A DNA stretch of 32,747 bases from an uncultured Oscillospiraceae bacterium (lineage in GTDB: Bacteria; Bacillota; Clostridia; Christensenellales; CAG-314). Under the pieces are notes generated by a model. That model searched no databases and was not told the DNA's origin. It worked only from the letters and a program-made list of their open reading frames with translations. Shown one piece after another: positions 16,026 through 26,300 of the stretch. The stretch is from assembly GCA_964474475.1 (NCBI GenBank), contig CAYYTD010000002.1:1-32747 (forward strand). The letters are read 5' to 3'. The position numbers were made by a program, and so were the translations under genes. Numbering within the stretch: the stretch's first letter is position 1; the number at the start of each line of letters is the position of its first letter.

Positions 16026-19000
16026 ATGCGTATTGTCAAATTAGTTGCGGTAGACGCGCAAACGGACGAAAAACAAACCTTCACTTTCGGCACGTCGAGT
16101 AGCGGGAAACCGTTGGTTGCCGCCAAGGGCGGAAGGCTCAATTCCTATTTGGAGTTTTGCTTTACCGACGAGGCGGAAAGCGTAAAAGACGTTGAAGTGG
16201 AGTTTTCCGTAGAGGGGCAACTTTACAGTTTGTCTAAAACTCATACGCAAGAGGGCGTCAAAACTTTGCTCAAAGCCTTGCAGGATGGCAAGTGGAACGT
16301 GGTTGCGCGCGCCAACGCCACCGAATACGTCGAACGGCTCATTGGCGAAAGCGTTGGCGACATGCTCAAACAAGACTTTGTCAACAACGCCGCAGTGGAA
16401 GGTTTTGACGGCAATTTGCTTGCTTTTGAAAAGATAAGGTTGCTTGCCGAAGTGGAACAAACCATTTCGCAATCTTCGCAAGAAGCTCAACGCATGTGGG
16501 ACAGTGCACGCAGCAAGGTTAAGCAGTACGCATCGTCGCAAAACGACGAACCCGTCGTCACGCCGGAGCAAATAGAAGAAATAGAGGTGGAGTTGGAAGA
16601 AATTTCTTCCAAACTTGCAAACGCCACTGCGGAGCTGGCGGACTTAAAGGAACAGTACGCCGCAAGCAGTTTCGTCCAAGACGTTCAGCGTGAGCTTCAA
16701 TCGGCGCAGGAAAAGTATAATTTGCTTATAGGCAAGCAAAACGAAATAGACAAGTTGCGTTCCGCCTTGCGCTTGCGTGAGGATGTCGACGCTTTACTTC
16801 CCAAGGTAAATACTCTCAAAGAGATAATCCGCCAAAAGGACGAATACGAAAAGAAACGTTACGCAGTCACGTCGGAAATAGAGTGGCAGCAAAACGAGTT
16901 GGACGGCATAGAAAAATCGCTTGAAGAAAAGAACAAGCTGTTCGTTGCCACGCAAGACAAGCGCTCGCGCATCGAGGGCATCAACGCCGAACTGACGACC
17001 ATTGCCTCGCTGTACGAAAAGAATCGCAACCTCAACCAACGGTTGACCGACCTGACGGAAAAGGAACAACGTCTTGCGGCGGAAAAGGTAATGTACGCCA
17101 ATAAGCTGGATGCAATCGAAAAATCCCTTGCCGAACTGAATCAAAGCCTTTCGGAATTCAGCATTCCGTCAAAATCGGTGGGAGAGCTGCTCGAGGCGGT
17201 TAGGGTTGACGTAAAAATTGACGAGGTTACGTCGCAGATAGACAAGCTGAACGGCGAAATAGCGGTAAAGGAAAGTCGCATTGCCGAAAAGGAAAGCAAC
17301 CTCGTCGTTCAAGTAAAAAGATTCCGCTCCGTTGCGGAGTTGGACGTGGCAGTAACGCCCATCAAGGCAAAGGATACCATTTTGCAAGTGCTTGACTCCA
17401 AGTACGCCAAGTTGGAAACGGTCAACGCATCGTTGGAAGAAAAACTCATCAACCTTAGGCGCGCGGCGGAAGAGTACAAGTACAAAATTTTGCAAGTAGA
17501 GCAATCGCGTGCGGTTCTGGAGGGGCGCCGCGACAAAGCGCTTTTGGTCAAGCAAGAGGAATTCAAGCGTGAAGTGTTCTTGAATAGCCAAAAGACCTAT
17601 TCCGACGATGCTTCGGGGGTTTTTGCCGTAACGGTAAACTTTAACGATAGCGAAATAGATTCGTTGAATCGTCAAATTGCCGATCGTGTTGCCAAAAAGG
17701 AAGATTATTTGCGCCGTGCAAGCGCGTTAGAAGGTTCCATAAAGGAAATTGCCCGCCACATAGACGTCAACTCTGCCGACATGGCAACGTTGAACAAAGA
17801 AAAGGCCAATATTGTCAACAGGTACAACGAGATTATTTCTCAAAATACCGGTGAAGCGGCGTTTAACTACGTAAAGGCGTTGAGCAGCAACAACGGCACG
17901 CAATACCTGTTGGACGTGCAACAAGAGGCGGTTCGTTCCGAGGCGGAATTGACGGAGGAAAAACGCACTCTCGAAACGCTCAAGAACAAACTATCCTCTC
18001 TCAAATCGCGGTTGAAGTACCTCACCGATACGCAAATGCAATTAGATTCGCCCCAGGCATCCATCGATGCACTCGTTTCTTCAAACGACAAACTGCGCGA
18101 CGAACTTGCAAGCGTGGGCGAAGGGCTTGCATCCGGCTACGAACAGTACAAAGCGGTAGCACGCCAAATGGAAGGCGTCGACTCCAAGTTGGAAGACGTT
18201 CGTAGTGCAATTATTGAAATAACCAAAACGGTAGGCGTAAACGAAGACCTTGTTGAACAGTGCAACAAGCGCGCAAGAGAGCTCGCCGGTTGTGACGACG
18301 TCGAGCAAGCCGTAGCTAACTTCAAGTACGAACTGGGCGACGTAGAAAGCGAACGGCAAATGCTTGTCGAATCCAAACAAAACGTCGAAAAGGAACTGTT
18401 CAAGAAGCGTCTTGAACTGGAAAAAACGCAGTGGCTGTACGACTCGAAGTGTAACGAGTATTCCGACGTTTACGGCGAATTGAAAATGGAATTCGGCTTG
18501 CGCGGACTTGACGTGGAACAAGCCACGGCAATGAACTTTGACGAATCGGTAGACGAAGGCAAAAAAGTCGTTGCCGATTACGACGCAGCCAAAAAGAGTT
18601 TGGCGGAAAAAATCGACAACCTGTATTCCGTCATCAAGAACAAGTCCGTTTCGCCCATCGCATCGGAGCAGCTTTCTGCCAAACAACGAGAAGTCGATTT
18701 TCTTGTAGAAAGGCAAAAGAGGCTGGAAGAGCAACGGCGCAACTATATGCAAAACTACGTCGTTGCAAGTGCTGCCCGCATGAAGGTTACCGTTGCGGCG
18801 GCAGAGGCAAAAACGTTGGAAAGCCTGCGCACAACCATTGGGCACAACCAAGTAATGGGCTTGCTCATTCGCGACAAAGTTAATTCCGTCGTCACTCTTG
18901 CTTCACAGTACTTCAAGACGTTTGCAGGCAAAAACGCAAGTTTCGTGCTGGATGGTTACACCGTTGCGGTAGAGGCGGATGGCGTTAAAACTGCCTACGT

Positions 19001-19187
19001 TGATTTGCCTTTCGACGTCAAAACCGCCGCATACGTCAGCTTGCTGTTGGCTTGCCCGTCTACGGATACCACCGATGGCAGATGGCTCGTTTTCGAAGAA
19101 CGCATCGCAATGGACACTCAAGCATTGGCACAAATGTTGCTTAACATCAGCGATGTTAGCTACGTGGTGGATTACAGCCGCGAATAG
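16026..19187 (+). CDS. Rad50/SbcC/SMC-like long coiled-coil protein with degenerate ATPase motifs (1053 aa)
   Basis: The N-terminus MRIVKL...FGTSSSGKPLV has the SbcC-like head layout, but Walker A ends GKP. About 850 aa of heptad-rich Glu/Lys/Leu/Gln sequence follows. In the C-terminal head, LPFDV replaces LSGGE and LVFEE replaces hhhhDE. Confidence 0.7.
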   Translation: MRIVKLVAVDAQTDEKQTFTFGTSSSGKPLVAAKGGRLNSYLEFCFTDEAESVKDVEVEFSVEGQLYSLSKTHTQEGVKTLLKALQDGKWNVVARANATEYVERLIGESVGDMLKQDFVNNAAVEGFDGNLLAFEKIRLLAEVEQTISQSSQEAQRMWDSARSKVKQYASSQNDEPVVTPEQIEEIEVELEEISSKLANATAELADLKEQYAASSFVQDVQRELQSAQEKYNLLIGKQNEIDKLRSALRLREDVDALLPKVNTLKEIIRQKDEYEKKRYAVTSEIEWQQNELDGIEKSLEEKNKLFVATQDKRSRIEGINAELTTIASLYEKNRNLNQRLTDLTEKEQRLAAEKVMYANKLDAIEKSLAELNQSLSEFSIPSKSVGELLEAVRVDVKIDEVTSQIDKLNGEIAVKESRIAEKESNLVVQVKRFRSVAELDVAVTPIKAKDTILQVLDSKYAKLETVNASLEEKLINLRRAAEEYKYKILQVEQSRAVLEGRRDKALLVKQEEFKREVFLNSQKTYSDDASGVFAVTVNFNDSEIDSLNRQIADRVAKKEDYLRRASALEGSIKEIARHIDVNSADMATLNKEKANIVNRYNEIISQNTGEAAFNYVKALSSNNGTQYLLDVQQEAVRSEAELTEEKRTLETLKNKLSSLKSRLKYLTDTQMQLDSPQASIDALVSSNDKLRDELASVGEGLASGYEQYKAVARQMEGVDSKLEDVRSAIIEITKTVGVNEDLVEQCNKRARELAGCDDVEQAVANFKYELGDVESERQMLVESKQNVEKELFKKRLELEKTQWLYDSKCNEYSDVYGELKMEFGLRGLDVEQATAMNFDESVDEGKKVVADYDAAKKSLAEKIDNLYSVIKNKSVSPIASEQLSAKQREVDFLVERQKRLEEQRRNYMQNYVVASAARMKVTVAAAEAKTLESLRTTIGHNQVMGLLIRDKVNSVVTLASQYFKTFAGKNASFVLDGYTVAVEADGVKTAYVDLPFDVKTAAYVSLLLACPSTDTTDGRWLVFEERIAMDTQALAQMLLNISDVSYVVDYSRE

Positions 19188-19345
19188 TCTTGCCCGTTGC
19201 AAATTTTTGCTCAAAGGCAAATGCGGCAGGGCGGTTCGCTTTGGCACGGAAGTATTTTAAGTACTCACATCAACGCATGCTTTACCGATGGCATATTTAA
19301 CGGAAAAGTTTCGCATTATTTGTTTATAATAGGAGGATTTTACGT

Positions 19346-19768
19346 ATGTTGTATCAACAGCTCAAAGACGCCAACGTACAGGCGCTTAAAAATCACGATA
19401 TTGTCAAGAGGTCGGTTTTGTCGGTACTTCTCAACAAAATTAAGCTTGTCGAAATAGACAAGCGCACGCAAAACGCCGAGTTGACGGATGCCGACGTGGT
19501 TGCAGTTTTGCAAAAAACCGTCAAAGAGCTTGCCGAAGAAAAGGAAGCGTTTCACAAGGCAGGCAGGGAAGAAAACGTGCAAACGCTTGCCGCTCAAATG
19601 GAGTTTTTGTCCTCTTTCTTGCCCAAAATGATGTCGGCAGAAGAAATCAAGCAGGTAATTTTGTCGTTGGAAGACAAATCCATCTCCAACGTAATGAAGC
19701 ATTTCAAGGCAAACTATGCCGGCAAGTGCGACATGAGAGAAGTGCAAGCAGTGCTTAAAACCTTGTAA
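19346..19768 (+). CDS. yqeY: GatB/YqeY-domain protein
   Basis: AGGAGG RBS. The ~140-aa length and the N-terminus MLYQQLKDANVQALKNHD..RSVLSVLL..IK are typical of the YqeY family. Confidence 0.75.
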   Translation: MLYQQLKDANVQALKNHDIVKRSVLSVLLNKIKLVEIDKRTQNAELTDADVVAVLQKTVKELAEEKEAFHKAGREENVQTLAAQMEFLSSFLPKMMSAEEIKQVILSLEDKSISNVMKHFKANYAGKCDMREVQAVLKTL

Positions 19769-19770
19769 TT

Positions 19771-20280
19771 ATGATTAAATTCGTCACCGCTTTCAACAGC
19801 GAAAAAGCAAAACTCATCAACAAGCGCACCTTTGCAAAATCTTTGTGGGCGTTCATCGTTTTGTCCCTTGTCATGGTTTTGTACGGGGTAGTGATGCTTT
19901 CCGACGACGTACTGATAGGCGTTACGCTTATCGTCGTGGGCGTATTGTTTTATCCTTTGGTTAGGTTAATAACCTTCTTTTTGCAACGCAAGCAAAACCA
20001 ATCCATGTCCATCATGAGCGAGCAAACGGAAGAAACCTACCAATTTGACGATGAATACATCGTCATCACTCAACATCAAGGAAGAGATTTTCAGGCAGTC
20101 ACGCGCGCCACTTACAATTACCTGTATTCGGCAGAAGAAACGGCAGATTGTTACTACTTGTACATTTCTAAAATGCAATGCCACGTTCTTCCCAAAAGAG
20201 ATTTGGTCGAAGGTAGTTTGCAGGAAATGAACGATTTGCTCGCGCGCAAATTAGGCGACAAATTTAAGTGTAAAAAGTAA
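19771..20280 (+). CDS. YcxB-like membrane protein
   Basis: Two N-terminal TM helices, then a C-terminal domain with the pattern YYLYISKMQCHVLPKRDL...L. Confidence 0.55.
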   Translation: MIKFVTAFNSEKAKLINKRTFAKSLWAFIVLSLVMVLYGVVMLSDDVLIGVTLIVVGVLFYPLVRLITFFLQRKQNQSMSIMSEQTEETYQFDDEYIVITQHQGRDFQAVTRATYNYLYSAEETADCYYLYISKMQCHVLPKRDLVEGSLQEMNDLLARKLGDKFKCKK

Positions 20281-20331
20281 ACTTGCGCTTGTTTGTGGCA
20301 AAAAAGCCGATGTGCTCGGCAAAGAGGTATT

Positions 20332-20874
20332 ATGAGAATATTTATCGCGTTGGAACTTCCTTCCAAGGCAAAAGATTATCTTGATCGTTCGTCGTCGCAG
20401 TTTGCCTATTTTTCGGAGGGTGGCAATTACGTGCCGCGGCAAAATTACCACGTTACGTTGCACTTTCTCGGAGAGGTTGCCGATAGCGACGTAATTTTTG
20501 TGCAAAGCGCCATGGATAGGGTTGCACATCTGCCGCAGTTCGAACTTGCAATAACCCAATTTGCCATGATGAAAACGGGCGACTTGGTTTACGCCAAAAT
20601 TAAAAAGTCCCCTTCCCTTTTGGCTTTGCACGAAGAGCTTGGCAAATGCCTTGAAGAAAACCGCTTCGACGTGGAACACAGGGCGTACCGTCCGCACATC
20701 ACGCTTATTCGCAAGGCGGCGTTCAACCTGCCCTTTTCGGAAGTCACCAAGAGTGTTAGCGTGTACAACATGCCCTTCACCTGTTCGGACGTGGTTTTGT
20801 ACCAAAGTCAACTCACCCCCAAGGGCGCAGTGTATAGCGAATTGTACCGCGTGTCGCTTTCTTCGCAGCAATAA
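20332..20874 (+). CDS. thpR: RNA 2',3'-cyclic phosphodiesterase (2H family, ThpR/LigT)
   Basis: Two HxTx motifs (HVTLHFLG and HITLIR). The MRIFIALELP start at 20332 is preceded by AAGAGG. Confidence 0.85.
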   Translation: MRIFIALELPSKAKDYLDRSSSQFAYFSEGGNYVPRQNYHVTLHFLGEVADSDVIFVQSAMDRVAHLPQFELAITQFAMMKTGDLVYAKIKKSPSLLALHEELGKCLEENRFDVEHRAYRPHITLIRKAAFNLPFSEVTKSVSVYNMPFTCSDVVLYQSQLTPKGAVYSELYRVSLSSQQ

Positions 20875-21014
20875 AGCTACGGCGCAAAGGAGTGTTTTGC
20901 ACCGTAAAACGTGTCTTGCCCGCCCTAAAAGCATTTTTTTGCGTAGTGAGGACATCTTGTGTGTGCCGCAAAGGTGTACGCGATAGCCATCAGTAATAGC
21001 CAAAAATAATAATC

Positions 21015-21049
21015 AAAGCGGAGTTCGGTTTTTGCCGAGCTCCGCTTTT
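21015..21049. terminator. Bidirectional intrinsic terminator
   Basis: AAAGCGGAGTTCGG (21015-21028) pairs with CCGAGCTCCGCTTT as a 14-bp stem (one G-U) with loop TTTTTG. A/T runs flank it on both sides. Confidence 0.75.
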
Positions 21050-21320
21050 GCGTGCATTTGCAGGTTAATATCGTTTTTTCGTTCTTCGTGCAAATGCGGC
21101 TCACTGCCATTTTGCACGCAGGATACTTGTAAATAAATAATTATTATATCAATAATATATCCTAATAAATAGGCGCATTGGCTTCGCCGCTTAACAAAAG
21201 TGTTGGCTGCACGTCGCATTCGTGTGGTAGGCTGGCGGCAACGCTTGTGTGGTGCGAGGGGCACAACAATTTGCCCGTTACCGTGTGGTATTGTGCCGTC
21301 GTGGCAAAGGACAAGGCGCG

Positions 21321-22799
21321 TCAATCGGTAATTTCGCCAATTATTTCTTTGCCGTCGGCAAATGCGGCAAATACGTTTTGCAATCCTTTGCCGCCCACCT
21401 GTTCAAAGTGCAGCGCCATCGTTTGCGGAGATGCAATGGTGTAGCAGGCGGCGGCGTAGTAATTTTTCAACGCGCGGAAAAACTTTTCCTTGCCCATCGT
21501 TTCGTAAAGGGTATTAAACATCAAGCTGCCCTTCACGTAGGTCAAAATCACGTATTCGCTGTCGTTTTTGTAATCGGCAAGGCACTTGTAGGAGGTGTCG
21601 GCACGATCGTAGTAGCGGTTTAGTACGTCAACGTAGGTGGTGTAAGTTTTGGTTTTGGCACGGATGCCGTCGGCAAGGGGTTTTTCGCCCCGTTCGTCCA
21701 AGTATTGCATGGTCAAAAATTCCGCCAAACCTTCGTCCATCCAGGCATCGTTAAATTGGTCGTTGCCAACAATTCCGTAAAACCACTGGTGCGCTGTTTC
21801 GTGAATTACTGCCTCCCTGTACGAAGAGCTGCCGCTCGTCACCATCGATAGGCACGGGTATTCCATTCCGCCGTAACAGAATTCCGTTTCGCACACGGAG
21901 TACTGGGCGTAAGGGTATTCGCTTATCTTGGACGAAAAGTACTTCAAGGTGTCGCAGGCAAGTTTCAAAGTGTTTTCCGCATCCTTGTCGGCGTAGTAAT
22001 AGTAGTTAACTTGCACTCCGTCGGCATCGGTGGTCAGTTTCTTAAAGTTTTTCGATGCCACCAGCGCAAAATCTCTCACGGCACTTGCCGAAAACTTTAG
22101 CGTGTCGACAGTGTTGTCCGACGTAGCCTCCACCAAAACGCCGCTCGATGCCGCCACGTAGCCCTTTGGCACAATCATGGTAACGTCGTAGTTGGCAACT
22201 TCGCTCACAAAGGGATCTCCCACGTTGCAGTAGGGCGTGCACACGTAGTTGCCGCCGTCCACGTCGCACAAAACGGGGTAAAAGTTGCCCAGGTTAATGG
22301 TTGCATCGGTGTAGCCAAGTCGGTGCTTTACGTTGGCAATAACAATTTCGCAGTCCATTTGCACCGTTACGCTTTCTCCGCCAAACAATTCTTTGCCCAG
22401 CGGCACGGAAAGTATGTCGTTGTCGGTGCCTTCAATTACAAAGGCAACGGGGGTTCCGTCCACCTTTACTTGGTCAAAGGTTATCTTGCCAAAGCTGTCG
22501 CCGTTGGGGTAAGCGGCGCTTTTGTACACGTTGGGTACAACGCTCGTTTGTGCATCCTCTCGGTATTGATTTGCGTATATGTGAAATTTCACTTCCGTCA
22601 CGGCGTTTTGCGCGCGGTTGGTTAGGCGGACCGTTTCGGCAAGGCTCAGCGTGTGGCTTGACTCGTCCCAGCTTGCCACAAGGTTGTAGTCGTCGGCGTT
22701 TGCGGCGGCGGCACGTTGCGGGTCGGTTGCACAGCCGAGCAAGGTCGATGCGCACAGGGCAAGTAGGGCAATTAGCAAAAGGGCAGTTAATCTTTTCAT
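21321..22799 (-). CDS. M1-family zinc metallopeptidase, lipoprotein (492 aa)
   Basis: HETAH-X18-E gluzincin motif and a GGMEYP variant of GAMEN. Signal MKRLTALLLIALLALCASTLLGC (lipobox LLGC) starts at 22799 with a GGAG RBS. Confidence 0.88.
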   Translation of the reverse strand: MKRLTALLLIALLALCASTLLGCATDPQRAAAANADDYNLVASWDESSHTLSLAETVRLTNRAQNAVTEVKFHIYANQYREDAQTSVVPNVYKSAAYPNGDSFGKITFDQVKVDGTPVAFVIEGTDNDILSVPLGKELFGGESVTVQMDCEIVIANVKHRLGYTDATINLGNFYPVLCDVDGGNYVCTPYCNVGDPFVSEVANYDVTMIVPKGYVAASSGVLVEATSDNTVDTLKFSASAVRDFALVASKNFKKLTTDADGVQVNYYYYADKDAENTLKLACDTLKYFSSKISEYPYAQYSVCETEFCYGGMEYPCLSMVTSGSSSYREAVIHETAHQWFYGIVGNDQFNDAWMDEGLAEFLTMQYLDERGEKPLADGIRAKTKTYTTYVDVLNRYYDRADTSYKCLADYKNDSEYVILTYVKGSLMFNTLYETMGKEKFFRALKNYYAAACYTIASPQTMALHFEQVGGKGLQNVFAAFADGKEIIGEITD

Positions 22800-22884
22800 T
22801 GCAATCTCCAATGGCGATGTATTCTGTGCCATTGTATGATTTGCACCTTGCATTTATTCGTGTCCACGGCAAAAATGGGGCAGT

Positions 22885-22913
22885 AAGATACAGCAACCAA
22901 TGGTATTTGTCAA
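22885..22913 (-). promoter_or_regulatory. Candidate promoter of the peptidase gene
   Basis: Minus-strand TTGACA at 22913-22908, 17-nt spacer, TATCTT at 22890-22885. A T-rich UP-like tract lies upstream. Confidence 0.5.
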
Positions 22914-22984
22914 TAGCAAAATGCAAAAAAAAATAAAAAATCCCCTCGTTCGCGTAAAAAACTTGAATTATGCTGAAAAAATAG

Positions 22985-23013
22985 TTGACGATTCGCCCGC
23001 GGTTTGCTAAAAT
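22985..23013 (+). promoter_or_regulatory. Promoter of the ABC importer operon
   Basis: TTGACG at 22985-22990, 17-nt spacer, extended -10 TGcTAAAAT at 23005-23013. A ~300-nt leader follows. Confidence 0.65.
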
Positions 23014-23310
23014 GACACCATTAACAACAGAGAATAGTTATCTCGCCAAGCAATTGGCTCCGAAGGTTCTCGTGGGTTGTATCGATTAGCTAGTAACTTA
23101 ATAGGTTAGTTTTTTGGTAAGCTCGGAATGGCTAAAGGCGAGAGGTATACTATTTTTCGGTTGAATAGTATATGTTCGTTGTGCGGTTTCGGGTTTTTTG
23201 TTGTTCAAATCACAAAACTAACTATACAAAATGATTGACGTTGTGCGGTTTGCAAGGCAGGCTGTGCAATTCAATATAAATTTGACGATTCTATTTATGG
23301 AGGAAAAACA

Positions 23311-26300
23311 ATGAAAAAGACAAAATTGATGCTTGTCATTATTTTGGCTTTGATAATGGTTGCTTCGCTCACGCTCGTGGCATGCGATCCGTCAACGGAT
23401 CCTTGTCAAGACGGCAAGCACGTAGATATCAACGGAGACGGAATCTGCGATATCTGTCAAGCCAAAGTAGAAGCTAAATGCACTCACGCCGACGCAAACC
23501 ATGACGGCGTTTGCGACAAGTGCAGCGAACCCGGTCTCACCGTTGAACACACTTGGGCAAACGGCGTATGCTTCGGCTGCGGCAAAACCTGCGTTCACGA
23601 ATGGGAAAGCGGCGTTTGCAAAGTTTGCGCTCTTGTTTGTGCACACACCTTTGGCGCTACTGACGGCGTTTGCACGATTTGCGGCACGAAGGACCCCAAC
23701 TACGATCCCGAATGTTATCCTCACGTCATCGTAAACGGCGTTTGCACCAACTGCGGTAAAGGTTGCAACCACGTGTGGGTTAACGGAGTTTGCTCCGTGT
23801 GCAGCTTCCAATGCGATCACGAATGGGCAAACGGTGTTTGCACCACTTGTAGCGCAGCTTGTGCTCACGACTGGACGGACAGACAGGGCGAATGCAGCAT
23901 CTGCCACAGCACCTGCACGGCTCACCAATTCAAGTTTGGCCTTTGCCTTACTTGCGGTGTAAAGGATGCCAACCCGTCCGAAACGTGGACCTACAACCAG
24001 GCAACCTCTCAATTGCCCACCGGTTGGAACGAACTCAACTACCAAGCTAATACTGCAACGTTGGTACTCGACTACACAACGGGCGGATTCTTCACCTTCG
24101 ACTACAACGCAACCAAAGACGGTTACGTAATGGTTCCCGCCATGGCTAAAGACTTCCCCACCAACGTTACTGCGGAATACGCAAGCAAGTGGGGCATCAA
24201 ACCCGAAGACGACGGCTCCTACTCTCCTTACATTTGGAAGCTCGAACTCCGTCACGACCTTCGTTTCGACAACGGCGACCGCATCACCACGGCAGACTTT
24301 ATCGAAACTGCAAAGCGTTTGCTCGCTCCCGAAGCTGCCAACTACCGTGCTAACAGCTTGTACAGCGGTTCTATGGTTATCGTAGGTGCCGAAAACTACG
24401 CAAAGCAAGGCTCCGTTGGTTACGAGCCCATCGAATGGGATGACGACGGAAAATACAACGGCAAATTGTGGGCAGAACTCTCCGAAGAAGAACAAAAGAA
24501 CATATTCTTCTCTCTCGAAGGTTCCACTGTTGCTCAATGGGCTAAAAAGAATTATTCTTCGTACGCAGTATCTTACGTTTTGTACGCACTGTTTGGGGCG
24601 GAAAGTGAAGCTGCAGTCAAGGCTCTTGATGAAAAATCCGCTTACGAAATTTTGAACGACCCCGCCATGAAAGCAACTTACGAAACGTTGCTTGGCGCAT
24701 GGCAAACCGATCCGGGCGAAGAATTCGACTTCTTCTCTGAAAAGATCACCTGGTCCGAATTCTCTTGGGAAAACGTAGGTTTGGTTGCTTTGGATGAATA
24801 TAACTTGTTGTTCGTTCTCAAAAAGCCCCTTGAAGGTTTCTACCTTCACTATGCAATGGGTCTTCCCCTCGTTCACGTAGAAACTTACGACGCTTGCGCC
24901 AAGATCGAAGGTGGCGTGTACACCAACACTTACGGCACCAGCGTAGATACCTTCGTAGGTTACGGTCCTTACCGTCTTACCTACTTCGTTGCCGACAACT
25001 CCATTCAATTCACCAAGAATGAATTCTGGTACGGCTACAACGACGAAGTAAACAAGTCTTTGTATCAAACTACCGGCGTTTCCATCAAGAAGATTACCGG
25101 CGACACTCGTTTGCAAGCCTTCTTGAAGGGTGAAACAGACAGCTACGGTCTTGAAGCAAAGGATATGGAAGATTACCAACAAAGTAAGTATAACTACTTT
25201 ACCGAAGGTGACTCCACTTGGTTCGTTGCTCTCAACCCCAGCACTGACGGCCTCAGGTCGGCAGAAGAACTTGCCAATGCAAACAAACCGGAAAAAACCG
25301 TCGTCAAGCGCATCCTTGCCATTAAGGAATTCCGTCAAGCATTGTCCTTTGCAATTGACCGTGCAAACTACGCTTTGACGCTCGACCCGATGAGCAGCAC
25401 TGCTTTGGCACTTTACGGCAACATGATCATTGCCGACCCCGAACTCGGTACCGCTTACCGCACTACGGAACAAGCCAAGGACACCATCCTTAACTTCTGG
25501 GGATTGTCCAACTGGGATACTCTCGTTGACGAAGACGGCGAACGTCTGTACGCCACCAAGGAAGAAGCTATTGCATCCATCAAGGGTTACGACCCCGCCG
25601 GTGCAAAAACCTTGTTCGACAAAGCTTACGACGAAGCAGTAAAACGCGAATTCATCACCGCAGAAATGATCGCATCCGGCAAATGGGTTGTTCAAATTAT
25701 TATCGGCAAACCTGCTGAACACGATTACTACAACAACGGTTACAACTACCTCAACCAAGTTTGGGCCGAAGCAATCAAGGGCACCAAGTTGGAAGGCCAC
25801 GTAGAGTTCAAGCAGTCTCAAGTTCTTGGCGACAGCTTTGCGGAATTCTTGCAAAGAAACGAAGTTGACGTGTTGTTCGGCGTTGGTTGGACGGGATCGA
25901 CTCTTGACCCGTACGGCCTCATCGAAGCTTACGTAAGCCCCAACTACCAATACGACCCCGCTTGGGATACCACCGGCACCACTGCCGACATCACCCACGA
26001 AGGCAAGGTTCTCCGTGCATCGGTATATGATTGGTACTTGGCTCTTGCAGGCGAAAAGATTACTACGGTTGTAGTAGGCGCCGACGGCAAGGAAACGGAA
26101 GAAACGGTGGAAATTACTGCAGGTCCCTCTGCAGAAATGGAACTCCGCGTCAGCATCCTTGCAACCATCGAAAACGCAGTTCTTCAACAGTACGACATGA
26201 TTCCCGTTGGTAACGAAGCATCGGCATCCTTGAAGGGTATGAGAATCAAGTTCTACACCGAAGAATACGTGTTCGGCGTTGGTCGTGGCGGCATCAAGTA

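Noticed and set aside
21013-21324. 103-aa minus-strand ORF and overlapping 88-aa plus-strand ORF (21178..21444) in the thpR-peptidase gap
   Set aside because: No RBS. The first spans the bidirectional terminator and the second overlaps the 3' end of the peptidase gene. The sequences have no recognisable features.
23014-23310. T-box leader upstream of the importer operon
   Set aside because: An AGAGA element is present at 23029-23033, but there is no T-box sequence (GGUGGNACCGCG-like) and no terminator hairpin abutting the T-run.
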